Assembly: GCA_028534125.1 (NCBI GenBank)
Contig: CM052816.1
Location: forward strand, 99,760,001 to 99,824,000
DNA: 64,000 nucleotides
Reading direction: 5' to 3'
Source: Lama glama
Taxonomy: Eukaryota
A program made the position numbers and the translations under genes. A model generated the notes under the pieces. It did not search any database. It saw only the letters and a program-made list of their open reading frames with translations, and was not told the DNA's origin. This document shows positions 13,253 to 24,469 of this stretch, piece by piece. The first letter of the stretch is position 1. Every line of letters starts with the position of its first letter.

Positions 13253-15285
13253 TAAACGCAGTTGTGTTACTTCCGTATACATTACACACCACTGAGCAAG
13301 ACGTGCACCTGCATTGCTATCGGGATGCACGCTCATGAAGAAAATACAGCATTGCACAATAGATTATAATTGTAAAACCCAGGTAGCACATGGAAGTTAA
13401 TTGCTGGGCCCAGAGCTGAAATCCTGCAAAGACAGCCTAAATTTACTGATTCCTTGTTTTGAAACCAAGTTGCTGTTAGCTTGAATCTGCTGTGGTCCTG
13501 ATTAAATGTACCCTGACATTCCCAGAATTTTTTTTTTGAGATATCTAAATTTCAGTTAAAATCACATATGCTACAGAAAGGACAGGAAAAACCTGGAGAA
13601 GCTGAATTCAAGTTATTATTCAGACAGCGTTCCCAAAATAGACTGTTCCACCAAGACAATTCTATGGAGACAGATAATGCGTAATCCAGGAGCAGCCTAG
13701 ATGGGGCCAGGAGAGGACGAACATTGCAAATGTGCGCTTATTAAGATCCTAGAACAGTTCCTAGCATTTGTTATTTCTAAAAAGTTAATTAAAGAGCTTG
13801 TGTTTTATCACGCACAGTAAAGAACTGACAGGCAATATTACAACACGAAATGCTTCATTCTCCAGCAGAGTTTAATTTACAGCTGCAACAAAGAGGAAGA
13901 AGCGAGAAACGACACGGTTGAGCTGTGCCCGCCGTGGCTCAGGCTCCGGAGTCCCTTCAGGGAAGTGTTTCGGGTGAGAAGCACCAGCCCACGGCTCCCT
14001 GGGAGTCACATGCTTCCCAAAAATGTTTAGGCTGACGTGTTTACGGGAGGCCGTCTACAGGTTGCACACATGCCTTTGACCACCTTGTGGAGGTGCACAG
14101 CGCGGATCACGGCTGGCCAGTGGACATTGGAGGGCGACGCGGACCCAGAGTGGCCGCTGAAGTAGCCAGCCCCTCCCGCAGATGCCAATCACAGCACCTA
14201 CCATCCGCAGCCCAGCCGGAGACGTGTCCTGCACGTTTGTGTGCCTTTATCCCCTTCACATTTCTGCCTGCCAGTTCAGATGATGCTCTGGGAAAAATGG
14301 CTCTCAGTGATGAAAATTGTCCGTTACAAAGGATTTCACAGGAAATGGACAGAGAGTGGCAGTCGTAGGAGGTGGGGACATCAGTAGTAACAAGAGCATC
14401 TTCGTTTGTCCAAGGTGAGCTGTCCGGCCCGGGGGCCTCAGGCAGGAAGCCCTGCCCACGAATGGTACCCGGCTACGTGGCTGACCCTGCAGCACATGCC
14501 GCTGGCGCCGCACCAGCGGGAGGTTTACCAGGTGATACGGAAACCCCTGTTTCCAACCACATCCTCACCATCAGCCCCCACCCCGCGGTTTAATAGGATT
14601 CTGCTGTATTACCCAGTCACATTTATTGATGGTCTGTCAATTCATCTTCCCTCTACTACAGTTCACATCACTCTACCTTCCTCCCCAGTTAGAGGATGCT
14701 CCCTGGGGGCAGGAGACTAGATCTCATTTGCAGTCTTACACTCAGTGTGTGTCATAGTTCCCTCGCCAGAGTAGGTGTCAACACATGGGAAGGCAGAAAG
14801 GGAGGGAAGGAAGGGAGGGAGGGAAGAAAAATACCTTCATAAAACCCAGGAATCAGATATCTTCAGTAAAGAAAACTGAATGTTTAAGCAGTTCCTAAAT
14901 ACAGTTCTTTCAAAATATTGTGAGAATATAATAGATTCTATTAATACACGTACCTCTTATTACCTTAATGAAAGTTTCATGGTAGAAGTTTAAAACATAT
15001 AGGTTTCCAAAAAATATATGGACTCCCATTTTTCATACAGTGTTTTTATCCAAAAACTCAAAATAATTGTGTCAGTATGTTGAAGATCATCAGCAAAAAG
15101 AAAACCTCCCCTCATTACGACATGCTTGTCGCAGGGACCCACATTTGAGAGCGGACTCTGCAGAAGTCCGTGTTTCCATGTGCTTGTTGTCAAGATGTTT
15201 TGCACATAAAGGTTTCACCTGGTGGCCTATTTACACTGAATTTCATTCTGCTCGTGCTGTGATGACAATGGATTTTTGTGAACTA

Positions 15286-15785
15286 NNNNNNNNNNNNNNN
15301 NNNNNNNNNNNNNNNNNNNNNNNNNNNNNNNNNNNNNNNNNNNNNNNNNNNNNNNNNNNNNNNNNNNNNNNNNNNNNNNNNNNNNNNNNNNNNNNNNNNN
15401 NNNNNNNNNNNNNNNNNNNNNNNNNNNNNNNNNNNNNNNNNNNNNNNNNNNNNNNNNNNNNNNNNNNNNNNNNNNNNNNNNNNNNNNNNNNNNNNNNNNN
15501 NNNNNNNNNNNNNNNNNNNNNNNNNNNNNNNNNNNNNNNNNNNNNNNNNNNNNNNNNNNNNNNNNNNNNNNNNNNNNNNNNNNNNNNNNNNNNNNNNNNN
15601 NNNNNNNNNNNNNNNNNNNNNNNNNNNNNNNNNNNNNNNNNNNNNNNNNNNNNNNNNNNNNNNNNNNNNNNNNNNNNNNNNNNNNNNNNNNNNNNNNNNN
15701 NNNNNNNNNNNNNNNNNNNNNNNNNNNNNNNNNNNNNNNNNNNNNNNNNNNNNNNNNNNNNNNNNNNNNNNNNNNNNNNNNNNNN
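15286..15785. other. Assembly gap (500 N)
   Basis: Run of exactly 500 N, probably a nominal size. Confidence 1.
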
Positions 15786-16744
15786 GCATCATGTGCTAAT
15801 GCTGCAAGATCTGCAAAGTGCCGATTTCTAACTGGAAGCAACCACTACAAGGTCTCCAAACCAGTCTGCGAACATGACAGACACTCAAACAGCAAGTCCA
15901 ACAACAGCAAATGTCTAAGTGAGAAGACACTCAGGAAAAGGCTCTCCTGGCACCTTTCTGTCAGTGAGCAGCTGAGGAGGGAAGCAAGGACGACAACATG
16001 TAGGCATGGGAACAGTCACCCACAGAAGAATGACGACTTGGTTGGTTTTCAGAAAAACGCTGTGGCTCGTCTGATAGTGAAGAAGTTAATTTTAACGGTG
16101 CAATTTCAAAATTAAAAAAAAAAGACTATCATTTATAGGAGTTTTTAAAGAAATGCTATTTATTTTCCCAGAAGTGAGGACAATATTAAAATTACAAAAA
16201 TACAATTTCTTGTTCACCCACTCATTTATTTAGTAAATACTGACACGTGCTCTGGGTGTCACCAAATTAAGTCCTTGGCCGTTCTCTCATCTTTCCACTG
16301 AAGTTAACGTTTTAGCCTTTTTTTCAGCTTCTTATATTCTGACTCTTACAACCAGAGATGAGATAACAAAGAAAAATTCTACCAAATATTTCTAAAAAAT
16401 TGAGTTTTTTAGTTTCTAGAAATAAATAATTAACTCCCCAATTACTTAAATTAAAAACGAATGCTCCAGTAAAGCTTCAAATACAAATTATGACATGTTA
16501 TGAAACATACAAACTATAAAGCAAAACAAACCAATATTGAAAATCAATTTTTTAATCAAGCACATGGTCCATAGTTAGGAAGAAAGCCCTGACTCTCTGG
16601 GGGACTGATGTGTATTCGGCACTACCGGACCCTGAACACGGTGGGCGGGGGATGCACCCGGGACGGCCCTGGGCAGAGGGTCCATCCGTTGCTGTCTCCC
16701 CTGAGCCACACCAGGCTCCCTCCATCAAGCTCTGTGGTTCTGAA

Positions 16745-17186
16745 TGTGTGTTTCCAGTGGCTGCTGTAACAGATTTCCATAAAACTGGTGACTTAAAGCA
16801 GCAGAATTCATTGTCTCCCAGTTCCGGAGGCCAGAGGTCCCAGACCACAGCGTTGGTGTGGCTGTGACCCTCCAGAAACTCCGGGAGAGGGTCCTTTTTT
16901 GCCTCTCCTGGCTCCTCTTCCAGGGCTCCTTGGCTTGTGGCCACAGGGCCTCAGCCTCAGCCTCCTTCCGCACATGGCTCCTTGTCCATCTGTCTTCTCT
17001 GCAGGGCCCCTTAAGGACACTTGTCTTGGATTCAGGGCCCACCCAGATAATCCTGAGTGATCTCCCTGACTCAAGGTCTTTAAGTCCATGTGCAAAGGCA
17101 CCGTTTCCTCATAAGGTCGATTTACAGGCACCGGGCATGAGGATGTGGACGCACCCTCTGGGAGCCCCTACTCAGTGCCCGACACA
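16745..17186 (-). mobile_element. MaLR LTR (MLT1B/C-like) inserted in the ectodomain of pseudogene A
   Basis: gtggctgctgtaacagattt..aaactggtgacttaaagcagcagaattcattgtctcccagttccggaggccagagg...ggacacttgtcttggattcagggcccacccagataatcc. Confidence 0.9.
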
Positions 17187-19859
17187 GGGCAAGTACTGCC
17201 CCTCTTCACTCTCAGGTGTCTTTCTCTGTTCTGCCCTCCCCACAGGTGATACATCTGCAGGGAGGAAGTCCCTACAGTCGTTAGTGAAATCCAGGGATTT
17301 CTGGGTGTGATCAACGTCAGGTAAAAGTAGGGCTTGCGTTTGCCCGGCGCCAGCGGGGCTGAGTGCCCCCTGCCCATGGGGAGGCCGCCTTGAACAAAGC
17401 CCACTGCAGGCGGCGGCTCTCTGGCCACCAGAGAGCTAAGCACCCTTCCGCCTGGGCTCGGCAAGCCCTTCCTTCCACGCGGTTTCATCAAAAGCCATGG
17501 CAGCTCCGCCTGCATCGCCCGCGATCACCGCCCACCAAGCCAGTCGTGGCTCTACAGCTGGACCAGGACACGCTCTGGACAGTCGTATGGGTGCTGCTCC
17601 CTTCGGCTGCATGACTGTCCTGTCCTTCTTCCTCACGGACTCCTTCTCCAAAACCATCACTCTGAAGGTCTAAATCAGTTTTACGTTCTGCAATCCTCCT
17701 GGCACGTAGGACGTGGACCTGCCCCCGCCTGGGCAGCCAGTCCCCATGGGCATCCCATGGCCCCGGGGGTGGCCCTGAGCCCACCCTGCCTGTGGCCACC
17801 GGGCATTGGCCCCAGCGCTGTGTGAGAAAAGCCTGCAGTGAAAATCTTACTGTGTTTCCGTTCCGCCGACCCTCCACCGCGCCCCCTGGCCGTCCTTCTG
17901 CGCCGTCTGACACTGGTTTCGGAGGGAAGAGGGTTTTCCCACATGAACAGACTTTCCCACGGCCTCCAAAGGGGTTCCGTCTCCCTTCACTAAGTGCAGG
18001 TAGAAGAGAATTAAGTTGGTAACTCCTTCCACTTAAAGTTCAAAGTGCTTTGCGGAGGTGTTTCTGGGGCCGTGAAACTTCCGAGGCCTCGTGAGCATGG
18101 AGGCTCTGAGCAGGATTCCCTGCTTTAGACAGGCAGCCGCCCGGTCTCCTCATCTTTGTCAGTGACTTTTAACCACTGACAGCGCTCGAATTCTCAGTGC
18201 GTGAAACACCACCTTTGACCACGACAATGCCTTTTGAAAGATGCCCCCGATTATGAGATCTCGGCCAGATGAATGACAAGTATGTCGAGTTGTGACGTCC
18301 ACTAAGTGACCAGGGTCGGGAGGGAAATCTCCGCTGTGGGAAGCTTGGGCCATTGCCAGCTATGTTATGAAAGAAACATTTTAATAGGCTTTACTACATT
18401 AGTGATCTAGCTCTTGGCAGTTCTTTTAGGAGAACAATGACGTTGCACCCGCGTTTAGATGAAGGTATTTTTCCGCAGGTAGTTCACACTCAGATCGAAT
18501 TGCACACGGCGTTCCGCCTTTTGTCCCTGGTCCTGTGCAGCTCGGCCCCTTCCGAGCTGGTACGTACTGCTCAAGCTTCAGTTCAGCAGTGCCTCTGCGA
18601 CCCCAGAGATGCCCCCACAGGAGGAATAATAAGACTAAGTACAATTTTATTACCCGGGAAAATGTCCGCGGCTGTGAAAGTCTTTTATGGTGGTAATCTT
18701 CGGTTTTAATATTTAACAAGCATAAACCACCATAGAGAAACATAACATTGTGTTCAGTCCCTTGAAGGATGGTGAGACTTCAAATTGCACAGGTGACATT
18801 CCATCAGATGTAACTAAAAAAGCTTTGGAAGCACTTCAGACTGAGATCCAGAATCCAGGTGTTGCCTCGCTCCAGGGGAGCCCAGCGCCGGAAGAGAGCA
18901 AGTTCACCGACCTTGTGCCCTGAAGGAGCGAGCAGCCGCGAACCTGCAGATGTGTGGCCATGGCTCGCTTTCCAGGTGTGGTTTTCATTGTCATTCATCA
19001 GACTGACCCAAATGTACACGCATTTGCTGAAGTTCTCCAGGGAGAGCTGCCAGGAGACGTGGCCCGAGGCCGAGCCGGGGTGAAGTGTGCACAGCACTGT
19101 CACCGTGATATAAAGCTGTCGCTGTTTTAGGGGCAGAAGAGCTTTGTTTGATTGCAGTGGCCAGCGAAACTGGTAAGTAGACAGTCAACTGACTACCAGG
19201 AGCTAATATATCCAGCTCTAATAGGACAATCATCGACATTAATCATTTCTAGACAGGATCCTCTAACAAATAGTACAGCATTGGTCCCAAAGTGGTCACT
19301 ATACATTTAGGTCCTTAGGAAACAGACAAAATCCGCTAACCAGCTGCAGTCCAGGTGAGTACACACCTGTCCCTTCCAAGGTCAGTCGAGACTGGCAGAC
19401 AGGGGAGAGCCAAGTCCAGCACAGTCTGGCTGGCGATGTCCGTTGTCACAGGAGGAGGGGTGTGTGCGTGGGCGTGTGAACTAGAATGCTGGTGAGTTCA
19501 GCGGACAGGGGAATCCTCCTTACAAGATGAATTATGTCATCATCACAACCACGATTCTGATAACACACCGAAGTCTGTCCTGTGGAACCTGCCTCTTAAA
19601 GGTACTTCATGTCCCAGAGGTTTTATGAAATCTTTTATTCCAGCAATGTGTGATTGTCACCATTTCAACTCACCTCCACGGGTGTTGACTTGAATATTTC
19701 TATACTATTTGACGTTTAGCAGCATAAGCAACATGAAGCTAATCTCCTTGTTTTAATTGGGTAATGAAACAGTCCATAAAAAGGACTATGGTTGCACATA
19801 AATGCATTACTTTGCATTTCAAATAGTATTTTCCTTGCAACTTCCTAGGCTGTATTTAA

Positions 19860-20035
19860 GGCAGTGACCACAAACTGCAGTGTGGAAAGAAGGACCCAAG
19901 ATGTCTGCTAAAACCTCAGCTCCTTTTCCGGAGTATCTGATTCAATCGATGAGGCCCCAGGTGTTGGATTTTTCACACGATTCCCAGGTGCTTCTGCCGC
20001 AGCGCTCCGTGGACCCCACTTCGAGAGGTGCCGGT
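19860..20035. mobile_element. MER5-like hAT-Charlie DNA transposon fossil
   Basis: cagtgaccacaaactgcagtgtg...tctgattcaat...tcccaggtgcttctg...ggaccccacttcgagag. Confidence 0.6.
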
Positions 20036-20589
20036 AGACCGCACATCTCATCGCCTCTGAATCTCCTCGAGGAAAAGACAGTAACGCCGATACGGGCTGA
20101 CTCTCACGAAGGTCATATCGGAGTCATTTGAGAATCACCATTGGCACCATTTGACCTTGACGCAGTAACGGGGCAGAGGCACGGTGGTCAGCACGCTGTC
20201 TGCAGAGCTGTCTACTTGTGACAGGGTCCTAGTATCACCTCTCGGCAGCTCACTACCCGCCAAGCACCCTTGATCCGGCAGTTCACTGTGTGCCGACCGG
20301 TGGGTAACAAGAGAACCCCTGTGGTCGGGGGAAGAGCACTGAGTAGGCCCTATTTGTAGGCGGTATTTAGCCCGGTGCCTGGCACAGACCACCCTTGATT
20401 AACAAACATCAATTTTTGTCACTGTTAGTCACTTTTCATTACTGCAGTTAACACACTTCAGTAGCTGCTAAATGCGTCTTACTGGGGGGGGCAAATTTTC
20501 TAGCCAAAAGGCGTTATTGACACAATCTAAGCAGGTACAATTTAATGAAACTAAGAAAGAAAGACTTTATGTTTGGCCTTAAATTGGCT

Positions 20590-20790
20590 CCTAGGTCACA
20601 CTGGAAGGAGCACTGGGTTCTGCCTTGAACACTGAGTTTGGGGTATTTTTGCAAATCTTTTCCACAACAACATCACAGTGAAATGTCTTCATTGGCAAAG
20701 CAGGTAACAGAATGCACTTCTCCCAGGACGGCTGTGAGGCGTCATTGGTAACAATGCTTCTGAGTGCAGCAGGAAAAATAAAAGACGTGG
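20590..20790 (+). mobile_element. MIR fragment
   Basis: ctgggttctgcc...tcttcattggcaaagcaggtaacagaatgcacttctcccaggacggctgtgagg. Confidence 0.5.
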
Positions 20791-21269
20791 TGATTACAAA
20801 GGGAAATATATTTCCGCATTAAGCTCACCACGTAGGCGCTCACCACTCAGAGCGCCCTTGACATCCCAAATGATTTAATTCTGCTGCCATCATCAGAAGA
20901 ATTTGCTTTTCCTCATTTGGCCAGAAGCAAACCACAATATGCTAGTTTTAAATATAAGTATAAAGACACATCCTCTCTGAGCTTTTATGTCAGCTTCCGC
21001 AACAGTGACCTGAATCTAAAAATGACAAGGATGGGAGGGTCCTTGGAAGAAACTGAGTAAGAACCACCATTGAAAGGCTGACCCATTGGGAACCAGCTGG
21101 TCAAAAGAGTTGGGATAAGGCTGAGACTGTGTTTGGCCCTTTGTGGGATATGTTAACAAACCCATTTAGTTATAAACATGTTTATTTGATTCTCAGTCTC
21201 CCAAATGGACAAGAGCAAGAGACTGTGTGTGTAATTAATTTGTCTATATCTCCATTTAGACAGATACAT

Positions 21270-21345
21270 ATGTAGCTAGATAGGTGGATGGATGGATGGA
21301 TGGATAGAAAGAGAGAGAGAGAAAGAGAGAGATGGATAGATACAG
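21270..21345. repeat. (GGAT)n/(GA)n compound microsatellite
   Basis: Direct. Confidence 0.9.
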
Positions 21346-21384
21346 AGTTTGAAGCAATGGTTGAACAGTGATTTCTGAGCAGTC

Positions 21385-21545
21385 TCAGTTTTTATTTTTA
21401 ATTGAAGTATAATCAGTTTACAATTTTGTGTCAGTTTCTGGTGCACAGCATCATGTTTCAGTCATACTTACATATACATATATTCCTTTTTATATTCTGT
21501 TCCATTAGAGGTTACTGCAAGATATTGAATGTAGCTCCCTTGCTG
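21385..21545 (-). mobile_element. L1 3'UTR tail
   Basis: attgaagtataatcagtttacaat...gttactgcaagatattgaatgtag. Confidence 0.85.
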
Positions 21546-23069
21546 TTTTTCCATTTTTGTGAGAAATCTTCTCGTATTCCTGAAGCAAGAGATACTCTGC
21601 CAAGGCTCAGCGGGTACCCTGTGCAAACTGATCAGTTGTAATTCTTGGTGTATTCATGGGAGAGGACGAGCTGCTCTGCCATCTTGGCAATCCCGCTTTC
21701 CTTTTTGTTGTTTCTGACTTAGTAAATGTAGACATTAGCAATCGTCAAGCCATGCCAAAGCTGTAGCAAAGCTGTCACTCTTCTGCACACAGAGGAGCTA
21801 ATTATTATATTATGACATAGAGTTATTGTGCTTAAATCTGGAGGCATTTGTGCATTGTATTTATAATTGGTTCAGTTTCACAGACACACACATGCATTAT
21901 TCCCCATCCACTATTTCCCCTGCTTATAATATTTTCGGTAAGGGCCATCGCTCTTGGAAGAGCAGGGGAAATCCGTGTTGCCCTGACAAGTCCTATGTGA
22001 AGTGGCTCGCAGCACACGCGCTGAGTGTTTCCGGACACTTGCCCGTGAGGCTTCCTTATGCTTCATGCTCAGGCCACCCCCTCCCCTCCACACCCCAGAC
22101 CCTAGCGTGGGGGGACACGCCCAGCCCCTCTCTACTGTGCTGGGTCTAAGGCAGCATCTTTATAGCAATAGCGAATTAACACAGTGGCATATAGAAAGTT
22201 TGATAAATGTTTATTTGTGCCCAAATACAGTGCATATTCCACCATTGTCGACTGTAGTATATACATACGCATCAAGTATGTAAAGTTTCTTACTAATTTT
22301 GCTCAAACCATGTCTTCTGAATCTTACGGACTTTGCATACCTCCACTGTTCATTTGTGCTATATCTTCGAAAACTTTCTTTTTTGTCTGCTCGTAACAAA
22401 AGCATATCAAACTCCTCTACCATGATTATGGAGTTCTCCATTTCTGTTTCACTTACTTCCATCATTTTTTTGCTCTAGATACATTGAAGTTGCATTATAA
22501 AGATGAACACAAAGTTAGAATTGTTATACCCGCTTTGTGTTAAGCCTTTATCACTTTAACATGCCCCTCTTTATTTTTGTCAATGCCTTCTGCTTTATAG
22601 TTTCCCTTAAGAGAGTAAAATAAATAAGCTGTTAAGGACAGTCCTATAGAACTATAAGTAGGTTTTGACGTGACAGACAGACACTTTGTCAGAGAGAGAA
22701 GAGCCCGACACAACGTACCCACACGAGGAAGAGCTGCCCGGCCTGCATGAAACCCACCCCATTCAAAGATGTAAAACTCCACAAAAAGGAGAAATGAACA
22801 CAGTTGTAGACAGAGTGTAAATATTTTGTAAAATAGAAAATAAAGAAATAGGCATTTGTTAAAATTATTTGTATTTTCAAAAAAATGGATTCTATAAGAA
22901 GTGTCAGGATAAGACAACAGACTGAGATTAAAACAGCTAGAAGAACTAAAGAAAAAATCAGGAATATAAAAATTGGAGATAAAAATAATACTAATGTGAT
23001 TACAGATCTGAATCAACCAAGGGAAAGAGAATCAGTGCTATTAATGACAAGTTTTAGAAAGTAGAATCA

Positions 23070-23915
23070 ATTCTGTTTTGTATTTATGTTCATTTGTCTT
23101 TTTCTTTTCTTTCTTTCTTTTTTTTCTTTTTAGATTCCACATATGAGCGATGTCATATGGTATTTTTCTTTCTCTTTCTGGCTTACTTCACTTAGAATGA
23201 CATTCTCCAGGAGCATCCATGTTGCTGCAAATGTCGTTATGTTGTCATTTTTATGGCTGAATAGTATTCCATTGCATAAATACACCACATCTTCTTTATT
23301 CAGTCATCTGTTGATGGACATTTAGGCTGTTTCCATGTCTTGGCTATTGTAAATAGTGCTGCTATGAACATTGGGGTGCAGGTGTCTTTTTGAAGTAGGG
23401 TTCCTTCTGGACATATGCCCAGGAATAGGATTACTGGGTCATATGAGAGGTCTATTCTTAGTTTCTTAAGAAATCTCTGTACTGTTTTTAACAGTAGCTG
23501 TACCAAACTTCATTCCCAACAGCTGTGTAGGAGGGTTCCCTGTTCTCCACAGCCTCTCCAGCATTTGTCATTTGTGGACTTTTGAATGATGGCTATTAAA
23601 TGATGGTGTGAGGTCATAGACAGAATACAAACTTGTGGTTGCCAGTGGGGAGGTGGGTGGGAAGGGACAGACTAGGAGTTTGAAATTTTTAGATACTGAC
23701 AGGCTTATATAGAATAGATGAACAAGATTATACTGTATAGCATTAGGAAATGTATACAAGATCTTGTGGTAGCTCACAATGAAAAAGTATGTGACAATGA
23801 ATATATGTATGTTCACATATAACTGAAAAATTGTGTTCTACACTGGAAATTGACACAACATTGTTAACTGACTACAACTCAATAAAATAAGATTTAAAAA
23901 AAAAGAAAAAAGTCA
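23070..23915 (+). mobile_element. L1 with 5' inversion (23070-23612 antisense; ~23613-23915 sense with A-tail)
   Basis: Antisense ORF2-end/3'UTR segment abuts the sense 3'UTR at contiguous L1 positions. Confidence 0.9.
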
Positions 23916-24469
23916 TGAAAAAAAGGAAGCAGAATAAATTTGCAAAATGATTAAAATTCTCAGAGAGAAAGAAGACATGTGAAGAGCAGAGACCAAGATC
24001 AATGTACTGGTAAAATGTATTCCTAAAAAGGCTAAAAAAACAAAGTGAAAGAACCAACTTAATGTGATAATCTAGAAGAAAACTTTTTTGAACTAAAAGA
24101 AGATGAGAATTTGCATTGCATTTACCAGGGGGAGAAAAACAGCCAAAGCATAGTCAGATGAAAGTACTGACTTTTGCAAATGCACGTTTAAACAAGATTG
24201 TTTTAATACTTTAAACAATGTGAGGAAAATTACAATCATTATTATACCCAATTTGCTTTTTTAGTTTATTGAGAAAAAATTTGAATCACACCTGAAATGT
24301 GCAACAGGAATAATTGCAATTAATGAATGAACCTCCTTGTATATCACAATTGGAAATAATACAAAGGTTATTAAAAGTGAATCATGCAGAGACTTCATAT
24401 AGCAGGATATAATAGTAAGTTTTATATATCTTTGCTATCATAACTTATACTTAATGTTCATCTATAACC

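Larger units (their letters stand above)
10420..13882 (-). pseudogene. Decayed Toll-like receptor-like pseudogene B (LRR-LRRCT-TM-TIR remnants)
   Basis: Minus strand. A strong acceptor (tttctcgcttcttcctctttgttgcag|13882) precedes ATG 13858 and a signal-peptide-like MKHFVL*YCLSVLYCA. LRR fragments: KLFN*LFRNNK (~13800), LNNNLNS (~13620), LTE/LDISKKKF (~13559-13525), DL/HNLVSGL (~12090), NLIK/LDLT (~11935). LRRCT-like NNFLEKLLPVQELPSVLERPLFPPRNFTWW..WLHHRNHQVVCVPPLVG..PTC (11790-11590). TM-like GVFTT/VILIMLFVALYH (~11565-11510). One-frame TIR-like EYNFIFSF..*..W.PDAEKGGSPHSKVCL..HTTLFFPSLLITLKQWFLQLLCSFH..NLLLLIF (11460-11200). After an L1 insertion, LQIFWK (~10460-10441). Many stops and frameshifts. 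Confidence 0.7.
14990..19313 (-). pseudogene. Decayed Toll-like receptor-like pseudogene A (long LRR ectodomain, LRRCT, TM, TIR remnants)
   Basis: Minus strand. Acceptor ttttgtctgtttcctaag|19313, ATG 19306. LRRNT-like SQLTVYLPVSLATAIK. LRR fragments: LLAPSGHKVGEL, NTWILDLSLKCF (~18860-18827), FLYGGLCLLNIKTEDYHHKRLSQPRTF (~18740-18660), VQFDLSVNYLRK (~18505-18470), LQNVK/LDLQSDGF (~17695-17650), QKSLDFTND..FLPAD (~17305-17250), FNLSNWGVNYL, KLNFLEIFG (16455-16381). LRRCT NF/CTVKINFF..FLKTNQVVILLW..CFPPQLL..PEC (16115-15925). TM TFAVVGLAV*VSVM. After the N-gap, TIR motifs MKFSVNRPPGETF/YVQNIL, LFADDLQHTDTIIL, IFFGNL (15250-15000). Confidence 0.75.

Noticed and set aside
15041..15210. Plus-strand exon-like segment with a vaguely semaphorin-like peptide (CFYPKTQNNCVSMLKII..LVAGT)
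   Set aside because: It has an in-frame stop and no other sema exons are present. The minus-strand TIR reading fits the surrounding domain order better.
15067..15841. Long ORFs of 169-254 aa
   Set aside because: Artefacts of translating through the N gap.
18976..19171. Plus-strand exon candidate (ttccag|...CTG|gtaagt)
   Set aside because: The longest frame ends in a stop before the donor, and it lies antisense to the LRR remnants of fossil A.
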